Shown here: piece by piece, positions 39,098 to 48,992 of the stretch
Numbering within the stretch: position 1 is the stretch's first letter
Layout of the letters: every line of letters starts with the position of its first letter
Notes under the pieces: model-generated
What the model saw: the letters and a program-made list of their open reading frames with translations, nothing else
Told to the model about the DNA's origin: nothing
Database searches by the model: none
Translations under genes and position numbers: made by a program
Origin: Candidatus Bathyarchaeota archaeon
GTDB taxonomy: Archaea > Thermoproteota > Bathyarchaeia > TCS64
Reading direction: 5' to 3'
Assembly (NCBI GenBank): GCA_963771885.1
Contig: CAVYVF010000002.1
Span: 64,001 to 128,000, forward strand
Length of the DNA stretch: 64,000 nucleotides

Positions 39098-40084
39098 ATG
39101 AAGCCTATCGGCATAGCAGGCACCGGGAGCCACGTCGCCCCCAATGTTATGACAAACAAGGACTGGCTCAAGTATGTCGAGACCAGTGATGAGTGGATTT
39201 ACACGAAGACGGGGATAAGGGAGCGCCGCATTGCGGATCCAGGCGTGGCTACTAGCGACCTCGCCGTCGAGGCGGCGAAGAAGGCTCTCACCGATGCACA
39301 AATCGAGGCGAAGGACCTCGGGCTCATTATCCTTGCCACGAGCAGCCCCGACGTGCCCCTAAGCGCCACTGCCTGCATAGTCCAGCACAAGCTCGGCGCA
39401 GCCAACGCCGCCGCTCTCGACATAAACAACGTCTGTAGCGGTTTCGTCTACGGCCTCGACATAGGCTGGAAGATGGCGGCCGCCGACACTTACAAGAACG
39501 TTCTCGTCGTCGGTGCTGAAACATACAGCAGGATTCTCAACTGGAAGGACAGAGCCACCTGCGTCTTCTTCGGGGACGGCGCGGGCGCCGTGGTGCTGAA
39601 TGAGTGCAAACCCGGCGTGGGTCTTCTCGCCTCGACACTCTACGCCGATGGCTCAGGGCACAAGGTCATCGAGATACCCGCCGGAGGCTCGCGCATGCCT
39701 ACGACGAAGGAGACTATGGAGAAGGGGCTCAACTACTTCTTCATGGACGGGAAGGCGGTCTGGGACTTCGCAACCGTCAAGTTCCCCGAGTCCGTCCGCG
39801 ATGTAGTCGCCAAGTCCGGGCACAGTCTGGAGGACGTCGATGTCATCATCCCCCACCAATCAAACGTCAACATTATCAAGAAGAGCATGGAGGTCCTCGG
39901 GCTGCCGATGGAGAAGGCATTCTGTCACATTCACAAGTACGGTAACATGGCGGGGGCTAGCGTCCCCGTCGCCCTCGACGAGGCGGTTAAGGAGGGCAAG
40001 GTCAAGAAGGGGGACCTCGTCGTAACCTGCGGCTACGGTGGCGGTCTCGCCTGGGGCGCCAACGCCTTTATCTGGGGCAAGTGA
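39098..40084 (+). CDS. fabH: 3-oxoacyl-ACP synthase III (KAS III)
   Basis: TSDEWI..KTGIRERR, CSGF (Cys), DRATCVFFGDGAGA, PHQSN (His), YGN (Asn), GGGLAWG. Confidence 0.93.
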   Translation: MKPIGIAGTGSHVAPNVMTNKDWLKYVETSDEWIYTKTGIRERRIADPGVATSDLAVEAAKKALTDAQIEAKDLGLIILATSSPDVPLSATACIVQHKLGAANAAALDINNVCSGFVYGLDIGWKMAAADTYKNVLVVGAETYSRILNWKDRATCVFFGDGAGAVVLNECKPGVGLLASTLYADGSGHKVIEIPAGGSRMPTTKETMEKGLNYFFMDGKAVWDFATVKFPESVRDVVAKSGHSLEDVDVIIPHQSNVNIIKKSMEVLGLPMEKAFCHIHKYGNMAGASVPVALDEAVKEGKVKKGDLVVTCGYGGGLAWGANAFIWGK

Positions 40085-40123
40085 CCCGCCAACCCTAAAT
40101 TTTCGGCGAGCACCATCTCCCCC

Positions 40124-41319
40124 ATGACGAGTCCGCCGCCCCTTAGGGGGATAAGAGTACTTGACCTGAGCCGCGTCCTCGCCGGCCCATTCTGCAGTAT
40201 GAACCTCGCCGACCTTGGCGCCGAGGTGATTAAGGTGGAGATGCCCGGATCGGGCGACGACACCCGCGCCTACCCCCCCTACATCGGTAGTCAGAGCAGC
40301 TACTTCATGAGCGCCAACAGGAACAAGAAGAGCATAACACTCGACCTCAAGGCAAAGGAGGGACAGGAGGTGCTGCATCGCCTAGCGGTGAAGAGCGACA
40401 TCATCCTCGAGAACTTTCGCCCCGGTGTCACGGCGCGCCTCGCCGCCGACTACGAGACCCTCAGTAAACTCAACCCAAGCCTCATCTACTGCAGCATAAG
40501 CAGCTTCGGCCAGACGGGGCCATACGCGGAGAAGCCAGGGTACGACCTCATAATACAGGGTATGGGTGGCCTCATGGGAATAACCGGCGAGCCCGGTGGG
40601 GCCCCGGTGCGTATAGGCGTCGCCATCACAGACCTTGGCGCCGGCATGTGGGCGACCATCGCCATCCTCGCGGCGCTCCAGGCGCGCGCACGCGACGGCA
40701 AGGGACAGTACCTCGACGTGTCCATGATGGATGGAAGCGTCGCCTGGATGACCTATGTGGCGGGGAATTACTTCGCCACGGGTAAGGTGCCGCCGAAGAT
40801 GGGGAGCGCCCACCCCAGCATCGTCCCCTACCAGGGCTTCGTGACCTTGGACGGCAAGAGCCTGCTTCTCGGCGGTGGGAACGACCGCCTCTTCGTCGCC
40901 CTCTGCGAGGGACTCGGCATGCCCGAGCTGGCGAAGGACTCGAAGTATACGGGCAACGAGAACAGGGTAAAGAACAGGGGTGAGTTAATACCCATCCTCG
41001 AGAAGAGGTTCGGGGAGAAGCCCCGCGACGAGTGGATTGGGATTCTCGAGGGGCTCGGCGTCCCCGTCGCCCCCGTCTACTCGATCGACGAGATATTTGC
41101 CGACCCGCAGGTCCAGCACAGGGGGCTGATGATGGAGGTGCCTCACCCGGAACTTGGCAAGGTTAAGCAGATCGCCCCCGCGATAAGGCTCAGCGAGACG
41201 CCCTGCGTCGTCGAGTCCCCGCCACCCCTCCTCGGTGAGCATACGGACGAGGTGCTGCGCGCCGTCGCAGGCTACACGGATGAGGAGATTAAGGTCTTCG
41301 CGAGAGGAAAGCGGTCTAA
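40124..41319 (+). CDS. Class III (CaiB/BaiF) CoA-transferase; frameshift near 41295
   Basis: LDLSRVLAGP, LADLGAEVIKVE, NRNKKS, ENFRPG, GYD, PPLLGEH. The ORF reads on to 41488, but a natural end LRERKAV* stops at 41319. Confidence 0.92.
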
Positions 41320-42474
41320 GCGTCCACTCTTTTTCTCCCCAGCATGTACGCGAGGGGGAGCATCGTCAGTGCTAGCGCGGCTAGGAGCCTGTAGAGTGTC
41401 GGGGGTCCCCAAACCTCCGCGATGGTCCCGCCGATCATGGGGCCTAGGCACATACCGACGCCGTAGACACCTTCATGAAGGCCCATAGCCGCCCCGAGGT
41501 TCTCCTTATCGCAGTTCTTGGCTATGTAGTCGAGCATGACTGGCGTCATGATGCCCGCGGCTATCCCGTAGAGGACGAGCGGAATAGCATATTCAATCAG
41601 CGACGTGGCGTAGGAGAAGACAATCATGCCGACGAAGAGGAGGACTGCGGCGAGGCTCACGGACCTGCGGATCCCGAGGGCGATGGACCTCTCCGAGTTG
41701 AAGAATCCGATGCCGCGGACGCCGTTCGTCATAGTCAGCAGGAGCCCCACGAGGGCGGGGGCGAGCCCGACGAGCTTGAGGTACCCGGGCATTATCGCCA
41801 TGTAGATGCCGAGGACGCATGTGAAGGGGATTAAGTGTCAGGTAGGCGAGGCCGAGCCGGCGTAGCGGAGCGAGGCTAAGCCCCTTCGTCTCGCTCCTGT
41901 TCAGGAGTGTGATGGCGGGCCTGATCCTCCACATGATGACGCCGATGCTGACGACGATTAGGGCGGCGAGGCAGAGGTAGAGCGCTTGGTAACCAAGAAC
42001 CTCCGAGATGTAGCCGCCCGCCGTGGGGCCGACGACGAAGCCGAGTATCCAGCTGAGGTTGTATCTGCCCATCGACTGGCTGAGCCGGTCGGGGGGCGAG
42101 ATGTTCGCGGTGAGTGTGCTGGCGGTGACCCAGAAGGCGGCGGAGACGAGGCCGAGTAGGCTGCTCCACGCGATGAGTAGTGCGACCTGCGTCACTGCCC
42201 CGAAAAGCGCCACGACGACTACCCCAAGCACCATACCCGCGATGTAGATGCGTATCCTCTCGAAGCGGTCGAGGAGGTAGCCGACTGTGAGTGTCATCAC
42301 GGTGTAGACGACGTTCCTTATGGCGCCCATGAGGCCGAGGTCGACGTAGCCGGCGCCGAGGCTCGTTGCATAGACGGGGAGCATGAAGGATGCGGTGCCG
42401 AGCCCCGTCGCGGTGAGGAAGATGGTGACATAAAGGATTTTGAGGAGCCCTGTCCTGTCACCGGTTGCCGCCAT
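41316..42474 (-). CDS. MFS transporter, frameshift near 41833
   Basis: Twelve TM helices across ORFs 41593..42474 and 41316..41801; motif A-like GYLLDRFER. Confidence 0.85.
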
Positions 42475-42550
42475 GGAGTTTATGCCCGTCGACCCCTCTA
42501 TAAGGTCTAGGTAGAGCTTATCTAGGAGAAACAGGGTCTTTCAGGGTGCT

Positions 42551-42628
42551 GGGTCCGTGGTCTAGCCAGGATATGACATCAGCCTGCGGAGTTGATAGTC
42601 GTGGGTTCGAATCCCACCGGGCCCGCCA
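42551..42628 (+). tRNA. tRNA-Arg(GCG), CCA encoded, no intron
   Basis: Acceptor stem GGGTCCG/CGGGCCC, anticodon arm TCAGC-CTGCGGA-GTTGA, T arm GTGGG-TTCGAAT-CCCAC, then G-CCA. Confidence 0.95.
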
Positions 42629-42654
42629 AATTATTGAACCGGGCCCTCTCTGTC

Positions 42655-42805
42655 ACTGTTCTCTTCCTGTACAGGTGGATTCCATGGATCTCGTTGACGT
42701 ACTCGAAGCCTACTTCGATTAACTGCCTCGCCTTCTGAGCCGTTGGGCTGTCTTGCATGCGTAGTCGTCCTGGAAGAGGGACTCCTCGAGCTCCTGAACA
42801 TAAGG
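42655..42805 (-). pseudogene. Tyrosine integrase C-terminal remnant abutting the tRNA 3' end
   Basis: Minus strand reads YVQELEESLFQDDYACKTA, then after a frameshift TAQKARQLIEVGFEYVNEIHGIHLYRKR. This resembles from memory the C-terminal tail of archaeal tRNA-targeting integrases. Confidence 0.65.
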
Positions 42806-43180
42806 CTAAGTACGCCTCCCCCTGTCAACGGGGGCACGAACCTTGCCACGCTTCGGAAACGACCTCAAACGCGTTGTCTAGCCGAGCATATATCTGTTAC
42901 CCGGGCGACCGAACCGGGGTAGTGAATGTGTAAAGTGCACCCGCGAATCCATGCGCCACGCGAAGCGAACCCCGTTAACCCACATCGGCATTGTAACACA
43001 TCCAAACCGCTGTTAACCAGCGATGGATGCGTCACCCCGATCACTGCAGCCCATGGTCTGTAAAGAAAAGTAGCGCCTATTCAGTGCGTAATGCTATCAG
43101 AATAGGCTCTAGTCGCATCTTCCAGTACACTGCCGTACCACGCTAGGAGGGTTTTCCAGGAAAATTCGACTTGACACTTT

Positions 43181-43277
43181 TTACAGATTGAAGGACTACA
43201 ACTAACATCTTAACACGTTCATTTACACCATTTACACGCTAACAGCGCTTAACAGAGGACATAACACTGGCTTAACA
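43181..43277 (+). repeat. Array of TWACA pentamers at about 10-bp spacing
   Basis: TAACA/TTACA at 43181, 43203, 43211, 43223, 43232, 43240, 43250, 43262 and 43273. Confidence 0.7.
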
Positions 43278-43487
43278 CCTGAGACCACGCGCATGATCAA
43301 GCGGATCAAATCATCGTGTTCTCGGCGCGCGTATGCGAATAAAATATGGAATTTCTATACCCCCAGTACTGGGGAGCAAACCCGTAGAACGGATGGCGTC
43401 GGGGAAGATAATCGTTCGAATCGGGGGAATCGGCGCACATCGGGGTCGATGGAAAAACATTTTGTGCTATGCGTCCCTTAACAGGGG

Positions 43488-44738
43488 ATGGTAGACCCTG
43501 ACTCCACTAGAGCGAGGAGGCTTGAGTATCTCTCTCTCGCCGCGCTCGCCCTGGTGGCTCTCGCCGTAAGGGTGCTTCTCTATCCCATCCCCGGTTACAA
43601 AGCTGACATGAACATTTTCGTCGTGTGGCTGGGACAGGCAGCGGATGGTATATCTGGGTTCTACGCTAGGGGCTTTTGCGACTACCCGCCGCTCAACGTC
43701 TACCTCTTCTGGCTCTTCGGCTCAGCGGCGGATCGCCTCAGTCTATTCGGCACCGACGCGGTAACCTACGCCGTCAAGCTCATTCCGAGTATATTCGACG
43801 TCGCGACGGCACTACTCATTTTCGGCTACCTCAGGTCCCGAACAGGCTTCAAGGTATCCATACTCTCCGCAGCGGTCTACGCACTCAACCCCGCTGTCAT
43901 TTTCAATTCCTCAATCTGGGGGCAATTCGACTCAATTTACACATTCCTCCTACTCGCCTCATTCATGCTAATCCTCCGTGGACAGCCCATGACCGCGTGT
44001 TCCGTCTTCACGCTAGCGGTGCTCACCAAGCCTCAGAGCGTCGCACTCGCCCCCCTGATGGCGTACCTGGTATACAGCAGGCACGGGATCCGACGAACCC
44101 TTGAGTCGACCCTCGTCATCGCTGCCACGACCCTCATCGTCGTCCTCCCCATAAACTGGGGTGACCCCCTCTCCTTCCTCTTCAACATCTATTTCGGCGG
44201 CTACAGCGCCTACCGCTACACGTCGGTGAACGCCTTCAACCTCTGGGGGCTATTCGGCATGTGGAAACCGGATACAGTCGGCTTCCTCTTCCTCACCCCA
44301 TTCACGGCGGGGTGGATCATGTTTGTCATCGCTACCTTTGTGGCGATATACATGCTCGACAAGCACCGGGATAAACCTGGAGACGCCATAGTGCTTTTTA
44401 CTGCATTTCTCCTCCTCTTCAGCTTCTTTATGCTGCCAACACGCATACACGAGCGGTACATCTACCCGTCCCTCGCCTTCCTCGCCCTGCTCTCCCCGTT
44501 CTGGCGTAAGCTGAAACCAATATACGGCATCCTTTCAGTCACCCTGTTCATCAACCTAGTCTATGCGCTAGTCACGCTCAACGCCTTGACCCCCATCCGG
44601 GACGGCGACCCTATAGTGCTAGCGGTTAGCGCCATCAACACGCTTGTCTTCGCGTACTCACTAAGCCTGCTGAGAAAATATGAAGTGCCGGAGATCAGTC
44701 CGCCTTCGACTCTTCCTTTGAAGGCTTCTTCTCCTTGA
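43488..44738 (+). CDS. GT-C fold membrane glycosyltransferase (mannosyltransferase-like)
   Basis: DYPP, KLIPSIFD, NPAV...S.IWGQFDS, KPQ, NAFNLW, HERY; many TM helices. Confidence 0.85.
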   Translation: MVDPDSTRARRLEYLSLAALALVALAVRVLLYPIPGYKADMNIFVVWLGQAADGISGFYARGFCDYPPLNVYLFWLFGSAADRLSLFGTDAVTYAVKLIPSIFDVATALLIFGYLRSRTGFKVSILSAAVYALNPAVIFNSSIWGQFDSIYTFLLLASFMLILRGQPMTACSVFTLAVLTKPQSVALAPLMAYLVYSRHGIRRTLESTLVIAATTLIVVLPINWGDPLSFLFNIYFGGYSAYRYTSVNAFNLWGLFGMWKPDTVGFLFLTPFTAGWIMFVIATFVAIYMLDKHRDKPGDAIVLFTAFLLLFSFFMLPTRIHERYIYPSLAFLALLSPFWRKLKPIYGILSVTLFINLVYALVTLNALTPIRDGDPIVLAVSAINTLVFAYSLSLLRKYEVPEISPPSTLPLKASSP

Positions 44739-45873
44739 GCAGGTAGGTCAGCGGAAGCGCGAGGGCGTAGATGACCGCCGAGGCAAGGAAGGGGATCGAC
44801 GACCCAGGCACCATGTAGAGGGCTCCCATGATCATAGGGCCGAGGGTAAAGCCGAGGCGCGACCCAGTCATATTCAACCCAAAGCCGGTTCCCCTGAGGC
44901 GCGGGGGCAGCAAATCACTCAATATGGCGAGGATCGGCGGCCACGTCAGGCTCCAGAGGCCAAACGCGACACAGTAGACCGCGAGCAACGCCACCCAGCT
45001 GTCGAAGAGTACCCACGACGCGATGGCAACAGGGGCGAGGGCGCCGCAGATGAGGAGAAGCCTCCTCCGCCCGTGTCTGTCCGCTAGGTAACCGCCACCA
45101 AGCTGCGTGAAGACGAGGAGAATATTCGACCCCGTGAAGAAAGCGCCTATCACAGCGTAGCTGAGGCCGAACCTGTCCCTCAGGTAGAGGGGGAGTATCA
45201 TGTTTACCCCCGCCATGCTCGTGGTGACGAGGGTCTGGAGGACGAAGAGCGTCGAGATGGGACCCATGTACTTCCTCTCGCGTATCGACTCACCCTTCTC
45301 GGCCTCCTGCTGCTCAACCTTGTCCTCCACCTTCACCTTGAGGGATGGATAGATTGCGAGGAGGCTCATTACGGCGGCGATTATGAAGACACTGTTCCAG
45401 CCGACGCTCTCAGCAAGGTAACCGCCAAGCAACGGCCCGATGATTCCGCCGATGGGCCAGGCGAGGTTCATTAACCCGAAGAGGTAAGCACGATTCGTCG
45501 GCGTTGCGTTCTCTGCGATAATTGCGAGTCGAGAGGGAACGAAGAAGCACGTCGAGGCATTCAGAAGCATGTTGAGGGGGACGACTATCGTCCAGCTGTT
45601 CGTGAAAGCCATGAGGAGGACTGAGACTCCCGAGGTAACCGAGGCGAGGACTAGGAATGCCCTCTTACCGAACCTGTTCATCAGGACACCACTCGGCAGC
45701 ATAAGCAGCGTCGACGTCAGGTTCCCCACGCTTATCACGAGGGCGTTCTCGATGCCAGTCGCCCCGATGTCCTTCAGGTACAAGGGGAAGAGCGGCTGAA
45801 CTAGCTGCGCCGTCATCCCGATGGCGACGTTCACCAGAAACAGGATCGTGAGCTCCCTGTTAAGGACCTTCAA
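44695..45873 (-). CDS. MFS transporter
   Basis: Twelve TM helices; GYLADRHGRR motif A. Confidence 0.9.
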   Translation of the reverse strand: MKVLNRELTILFLVNVAIGMTAQLVQPLFPLYLKDIGATGIENALVISVGNLTSTLLMLPSGVLMNRFGKRAFLVLASVTSGVSVLLMAFTNSWTIVVPLNMLLNASTCFFVPSRLAIIAENATPTNRAYLFGLMNLAWPIGGIIGPLLGGYLAESVGWNSVFIIAAVMSLLAIYPSLKVKVEDKVEQQEAEKGESIRERKYMGPISTLFVLQTLVTTSMAGVNMILPLYLRDRFGLSYAVIGAFFTGSNILLVFTQLGGGYLADRHGRRRLLLICGALAPVAIASWVLFDSWVALLAVYCVAFGLWSLTWPPILAILSDLLPPRLRGTGFGLNMTGSRLGFTLGPMIMGALYMVPGSSIPFLASAVIYALALPLTYLLKEKKPSKEESKAD

Positions 45874-45915
45874 TGCTCTTGTTTACGGCAGTTCGGCGAG
45901 ATAAATGTAGGGCAT

Positions 45916-47172
45916 CTACCAGGCTTCCTTTAGGAGCCTGAGGGCGTTGCCCCCGATCACTTTGTCGACCTCAGAGTCTGAGTAGCCGTGCTTAACCATC
46001 CACCGTGCCACATTCTGTATACTGTCCGTCGGGTTCTCCATACCCCGGACATATCGTAGGTTCTTTAGCGCCTCGACATCCATGTCGATGCCGAGGTGCT
46101 GGGGCTTCTTGGTCACCCGGTCGGGGCGCTGGTGGTGGCCAAGCCCCTTCTTCATCCCCGTCTCCAGGCTCCAGAGGTAATTGCCGACGTGGTCGTAGTA
46201 GCCCGTGTCTGGGCCGCAGCCCACGTAGTCTATCCCAACTTGGTCGATGATGTGCTCGATGTGCTCCATATAGGAGTCGATGCCGTGGACGGGGTGATTC
46301 GCCGTGACGGTGAGGTTGGGCGCAGCCTCGACGCCAATGACTCCCCTCTTCTCGGCGAGTGCCTTGATGACCTCGTCTGGGATCATCCTCGTCGTGGGAG
46401 TGAGCGTGCGGGAGCCGCTGTGGCTGAGAGTGATGGGTCTCTTGCTCAGGTTGATGGTGTCGAGGGCTGTCTGTGGGCTAACGTGCGCCGTATCGATGAG
46501 CATTCCCAGCTTGTTCATACGGACGACGCAGTCATAGCCGAAGTCTGTGAGGCCCCCATCACGTAGCTCCTTGAGCCCCGATCCGAGCATGTTCGACTCG
46601 CTGTAGTTGATGCCCATACAGCGGACGCCGAGGCCATAGAGGACGTCGAGGCGATCCACCTCATTCTCAATGCAGCTACACGACTCTACGCTTGCAACCC
46701 AGGCGAGGCGCCCCGTCTCGTGGGCGTAGAGAATGTCGGCGACGCTCTTCGCATGTATCACAAAGTCCTGCTTAACTATGTCGCAGAGCTTCATGCCGAG
46801 GTCGTGGATTGTGCTCAACCAGTCCCAGCCGTGCTTCGTGTTGACGAAGTTGCTGCCATTCATCATGTTGTCGAGTACGCAGTCGAGCCCAGACGCGGCG
46901 AGGCTCTCGTAGGCGAGGAACTCGCGTCCTTCGCGGCTGTACTCCTCCCGCTCAGAGATGTTCTCCGGCCTCCTGCTCGGGTGGTCGTGGAGGCTGATCA
47001 CTACGCTCTTCTCCATGATCGATTCGAAGCGTTCCTCCTCCGCCTTCGTGAGTGGTACCCACTCGATCATGTCTTCAGGCATCTCCTCCCTGAGCCTGAA
47101 CTCTTTGTAATCGACACCGGGCTCGAGGAACTGGAACGCCCTATATCCGCTGTACCGCTTGTTTCTCCCCAT
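45916..47172 (-). CDS. Membrane dipeptidase (M19), distinct clade with HxH and Glu ligands
   Basis: SLHDHP, VES, GLTDFG, IDTAH, LSH, GCGPD, GGNALR. Confidence 0.88.
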   Translation of the reverse strand: MGRNKRYSGYRAFQFLEPGVDYKEFRLREEMPEDMIEWVPLTKAEEERFESIMEKSVVISLHDHPSRRPENISEREEYSREGREFLAYESLAASGLDCVLDNMMNGSNFVNTKHGWDWLSTIHDLGMKLCDIVKQDFVIHAKSVADILYAHETGRLAWVASVESCSCIENEVDRLDVLYGLGVRCMGINYSESNMLGSGLKELRDGGLTDFGYDCVVRMNKLGMLIDTAHVSPQTALDTINLSKRPITLSHSGSRTLTPTTRMIPDEVIKALAEKRGVIGVEAAPNLTVTANHPVHGIDSYMEHIEHIIDQVGIDYVGCGPDTGYYDHVGNYLWSLETGMKKGLGHHQRPDRVTKKPQHLGIDMDVEALKNLRYVRGMENPTDSIQNVARWMVKHGYSDSEVDKVIGGNALRLLKEAW

Positions 47173-47287
47173 CTAGATCACTGTATTGTTGCCCCGGGTG
47201 TATTAGATTCACTCGCTCTCGTACCATTGCCCTGCATTTTTGGGAACATCCAAATAAAACGGCGTCAGGAAGCCTTACGAGGCTACG

Positions 47288-47683
47288 ATGAGGCGAAACG
47301 TCCTGTTGCGCGCGGTCTTTTTCCTCGCGGGTACTGTCTGCCTCTTTCTCGCGGCCGTAGGTGTTTTCCTCCCAATCCTGCCGACGATTCCATTCCTGCT
47401 GCTCAGCGCCGCCTTCTACCTTAGGAGCTCGGAGCGCATGCATACGTGGCTATACGAGAACAAATACTTCGGCGAGTACCTGAGGAACTACCGTGACGGC
47501 AGAGGCATACCACTCGCCACAAAGCTCGTCGTAGCCGCGATGCTCTGGACCGCAATATCCTACTCGATACTCTTCATATCGACACACTGGGCAGTGAGTG
47601 TCCTCCTCGCCATGATCGCAGTGGCTGTCAGCATGCACATTCTCCAAATCCCAACCCTAGAGAACGAGCTGAACGCAGGGTAG
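47288..47683 (+). CDS. YbaN/DUF454 membrane protein
   Basis: G.FLPILPTIPFLLL....RSS.R...WL....FG.Y..N. Confidence 0.9.
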   Translation: MRRNVLLRAVFFLAGTVCLFLAAVGVFLPILPTIPFLLLSAAFYLRSSERMHTWLYENKYFGEYLRNYRDGRGIPLATKLVVAAMLWTAISYSILFISTHWAVSVLLAMIAVAVSMHILQIPTLENELNAG

Positions 47684-47723
47684 AGCAAAACCATTTTACA
47701 GCCGGACCAACACCCGAAATACA

Positions 47724-48230
47724 ATGCTCAACTCCAAGGCGATCAAACAACTCATAGAGGCCCATCAACTCGTCACAGGCTACGTCGACCTCGAAAAGCA
47801 GCTTCAACCCGCAGGCTTCGACCTCAGCCTCAAGGAGGTTCACTCCTACTGGGGCGCCGGCGCGATAGACTTCGACAACAAGGAGCGCAAGCTAGCGCCG
47901 ACGAGGCAGCTGAAGCCCAACGCTGAGGGGTGGTACGTCCTCCCCGAAGGTTGCTACATGATCGTCTACAACGAGGCGGTCAAGATGCCACTAAACGTCG
48001 TCGCCCTGGCGCGGAGCAGGAGCACAATCCTCAGGAATGCGGCAGCAGTCGGGACAGCCGTCTGGGACCCTGGCTACGAGGGGAGGAGCAGCAGCCTGCT
48101 CACCGTCCACAATCCAAGCGGTATCAAGCTGAAGCAGGACGCCCGCGTCGCCCAACTCGTCTTCTTCACGACGGACGAGGTGGAGAAGGGGTACAGCGGC
48201 GTCTACCAGAACGAGCGGATGAAATCCTAA
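47724..48230 (+). CDS. dut: Archaeal trimeric dUTPase (dCTP deaminase family)
   Basis: QLQPAGFDL, RSTILR, AVWDPGYEGR, RVAQL, YSGVYQ. Confidence 0.85.
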   Translation: MLNSKAIKQLIEAHQLVTGYVDLEKQLQPAGFDLSLKEVHSYWGAGAIDFDNKERKLAPTRQLKPNAEGWYVLPEGCYMIVYNEAVKMPLNVVALARSRSTILRNAAAVGTAVWDPGYEGRSSSLLTVHNPSGIKLKQDARVAQLVFFTTDEVEKGYSGVYQNERMKS

Positions 48231-48880
48231 GGGATACCTGCAAAGCAGTCTATCTGCCTGTGCCACTCGACAGTATCGGTGACCTGCGGCTCCGTCTCCT
48301 CCCCGAATAGAAGATCGACCAAGTATCGCGGCTTCCTGCCGCCGATCGCCATAGATTTTATGCATGAGACGCAGTAAACGGCGACGTCTTCCTCGGGCAT
48401 CGAGGCGGCGCGGCTCCTCATCATGGCATGGACATCGGCGAGTGGACGCGCGGGGAATAGGGCGTCGCCGCAGCAGATGGTGATTGTTTTAGTCCTCTCA
48501 GGCTCGACGACCTCGACGTTCATCTTTTTCAGTAATGTTCGGATCGCCTCGTGGACGCGCGGCTGGCTGCGCGTGGGGCAGGCGTCCTGTACGCTAATTC
48601 GAGCGCCGTGATAATCTGGATACTTGAACCAGTCGGCCTCAGCTATTACCTCCTAGAGGGAGACCGTCGTCGAGTCCTCATAGTAGGTCCTATAGCGTCT
48701 GTCGCAGCCGGGGCAAGTGTTTATGACGCATGTGCCTGAGGGTAGCGGCGGTATTTTGCGGCAGCAGGTATCGAGGCGGGGCATCTCGCCGAGGTGTTCA
48801 CTGAGTGTGGCGTGCAACCTCTCTGCGAGGTGTGGCTTGTAGATTATTAGGGCGCAGCCGGGAGCGTAGACGTACTTCAA
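48227..48880 (-). CDS. CCG-domain Fe-S protein interrupted by an in-frame TAG at 48653-48655
   Basis: PGCAL, TCC, CPGC, then TAG, then EVIAEADWFKYPDYHG..ISVQDACP...CCGD...YCVSC in the same frame. Confidence 0.75.
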
Positions 48881-48992
48881 GTTGGTTCACAATGACGCCC
48901 TGCGCCTCGGTTTATAGGGGTTTCATCGGTTTCTTGCGGTCGAAGCCCGGTAGTCGTTTATACGCATGTGGTGAAAAATACTGCGATAGGGC

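Noticed and set aside
19139..42805. The two integrase fragments as halves of one split (SSV-type) integrase flanking a 23-kb element
   Set aside because: They are on opposite strands, no att repeat was seen at 19.5 kb, and the intervening genes include core functions (L40e, HMGR, Trm112).
42631..43481. ORFs 42631..42849 (-) and 43293..43481 (+)
   Set aside because: The first is an off-frame reading of the integrase remnant. The second has atypical composition and no motif.
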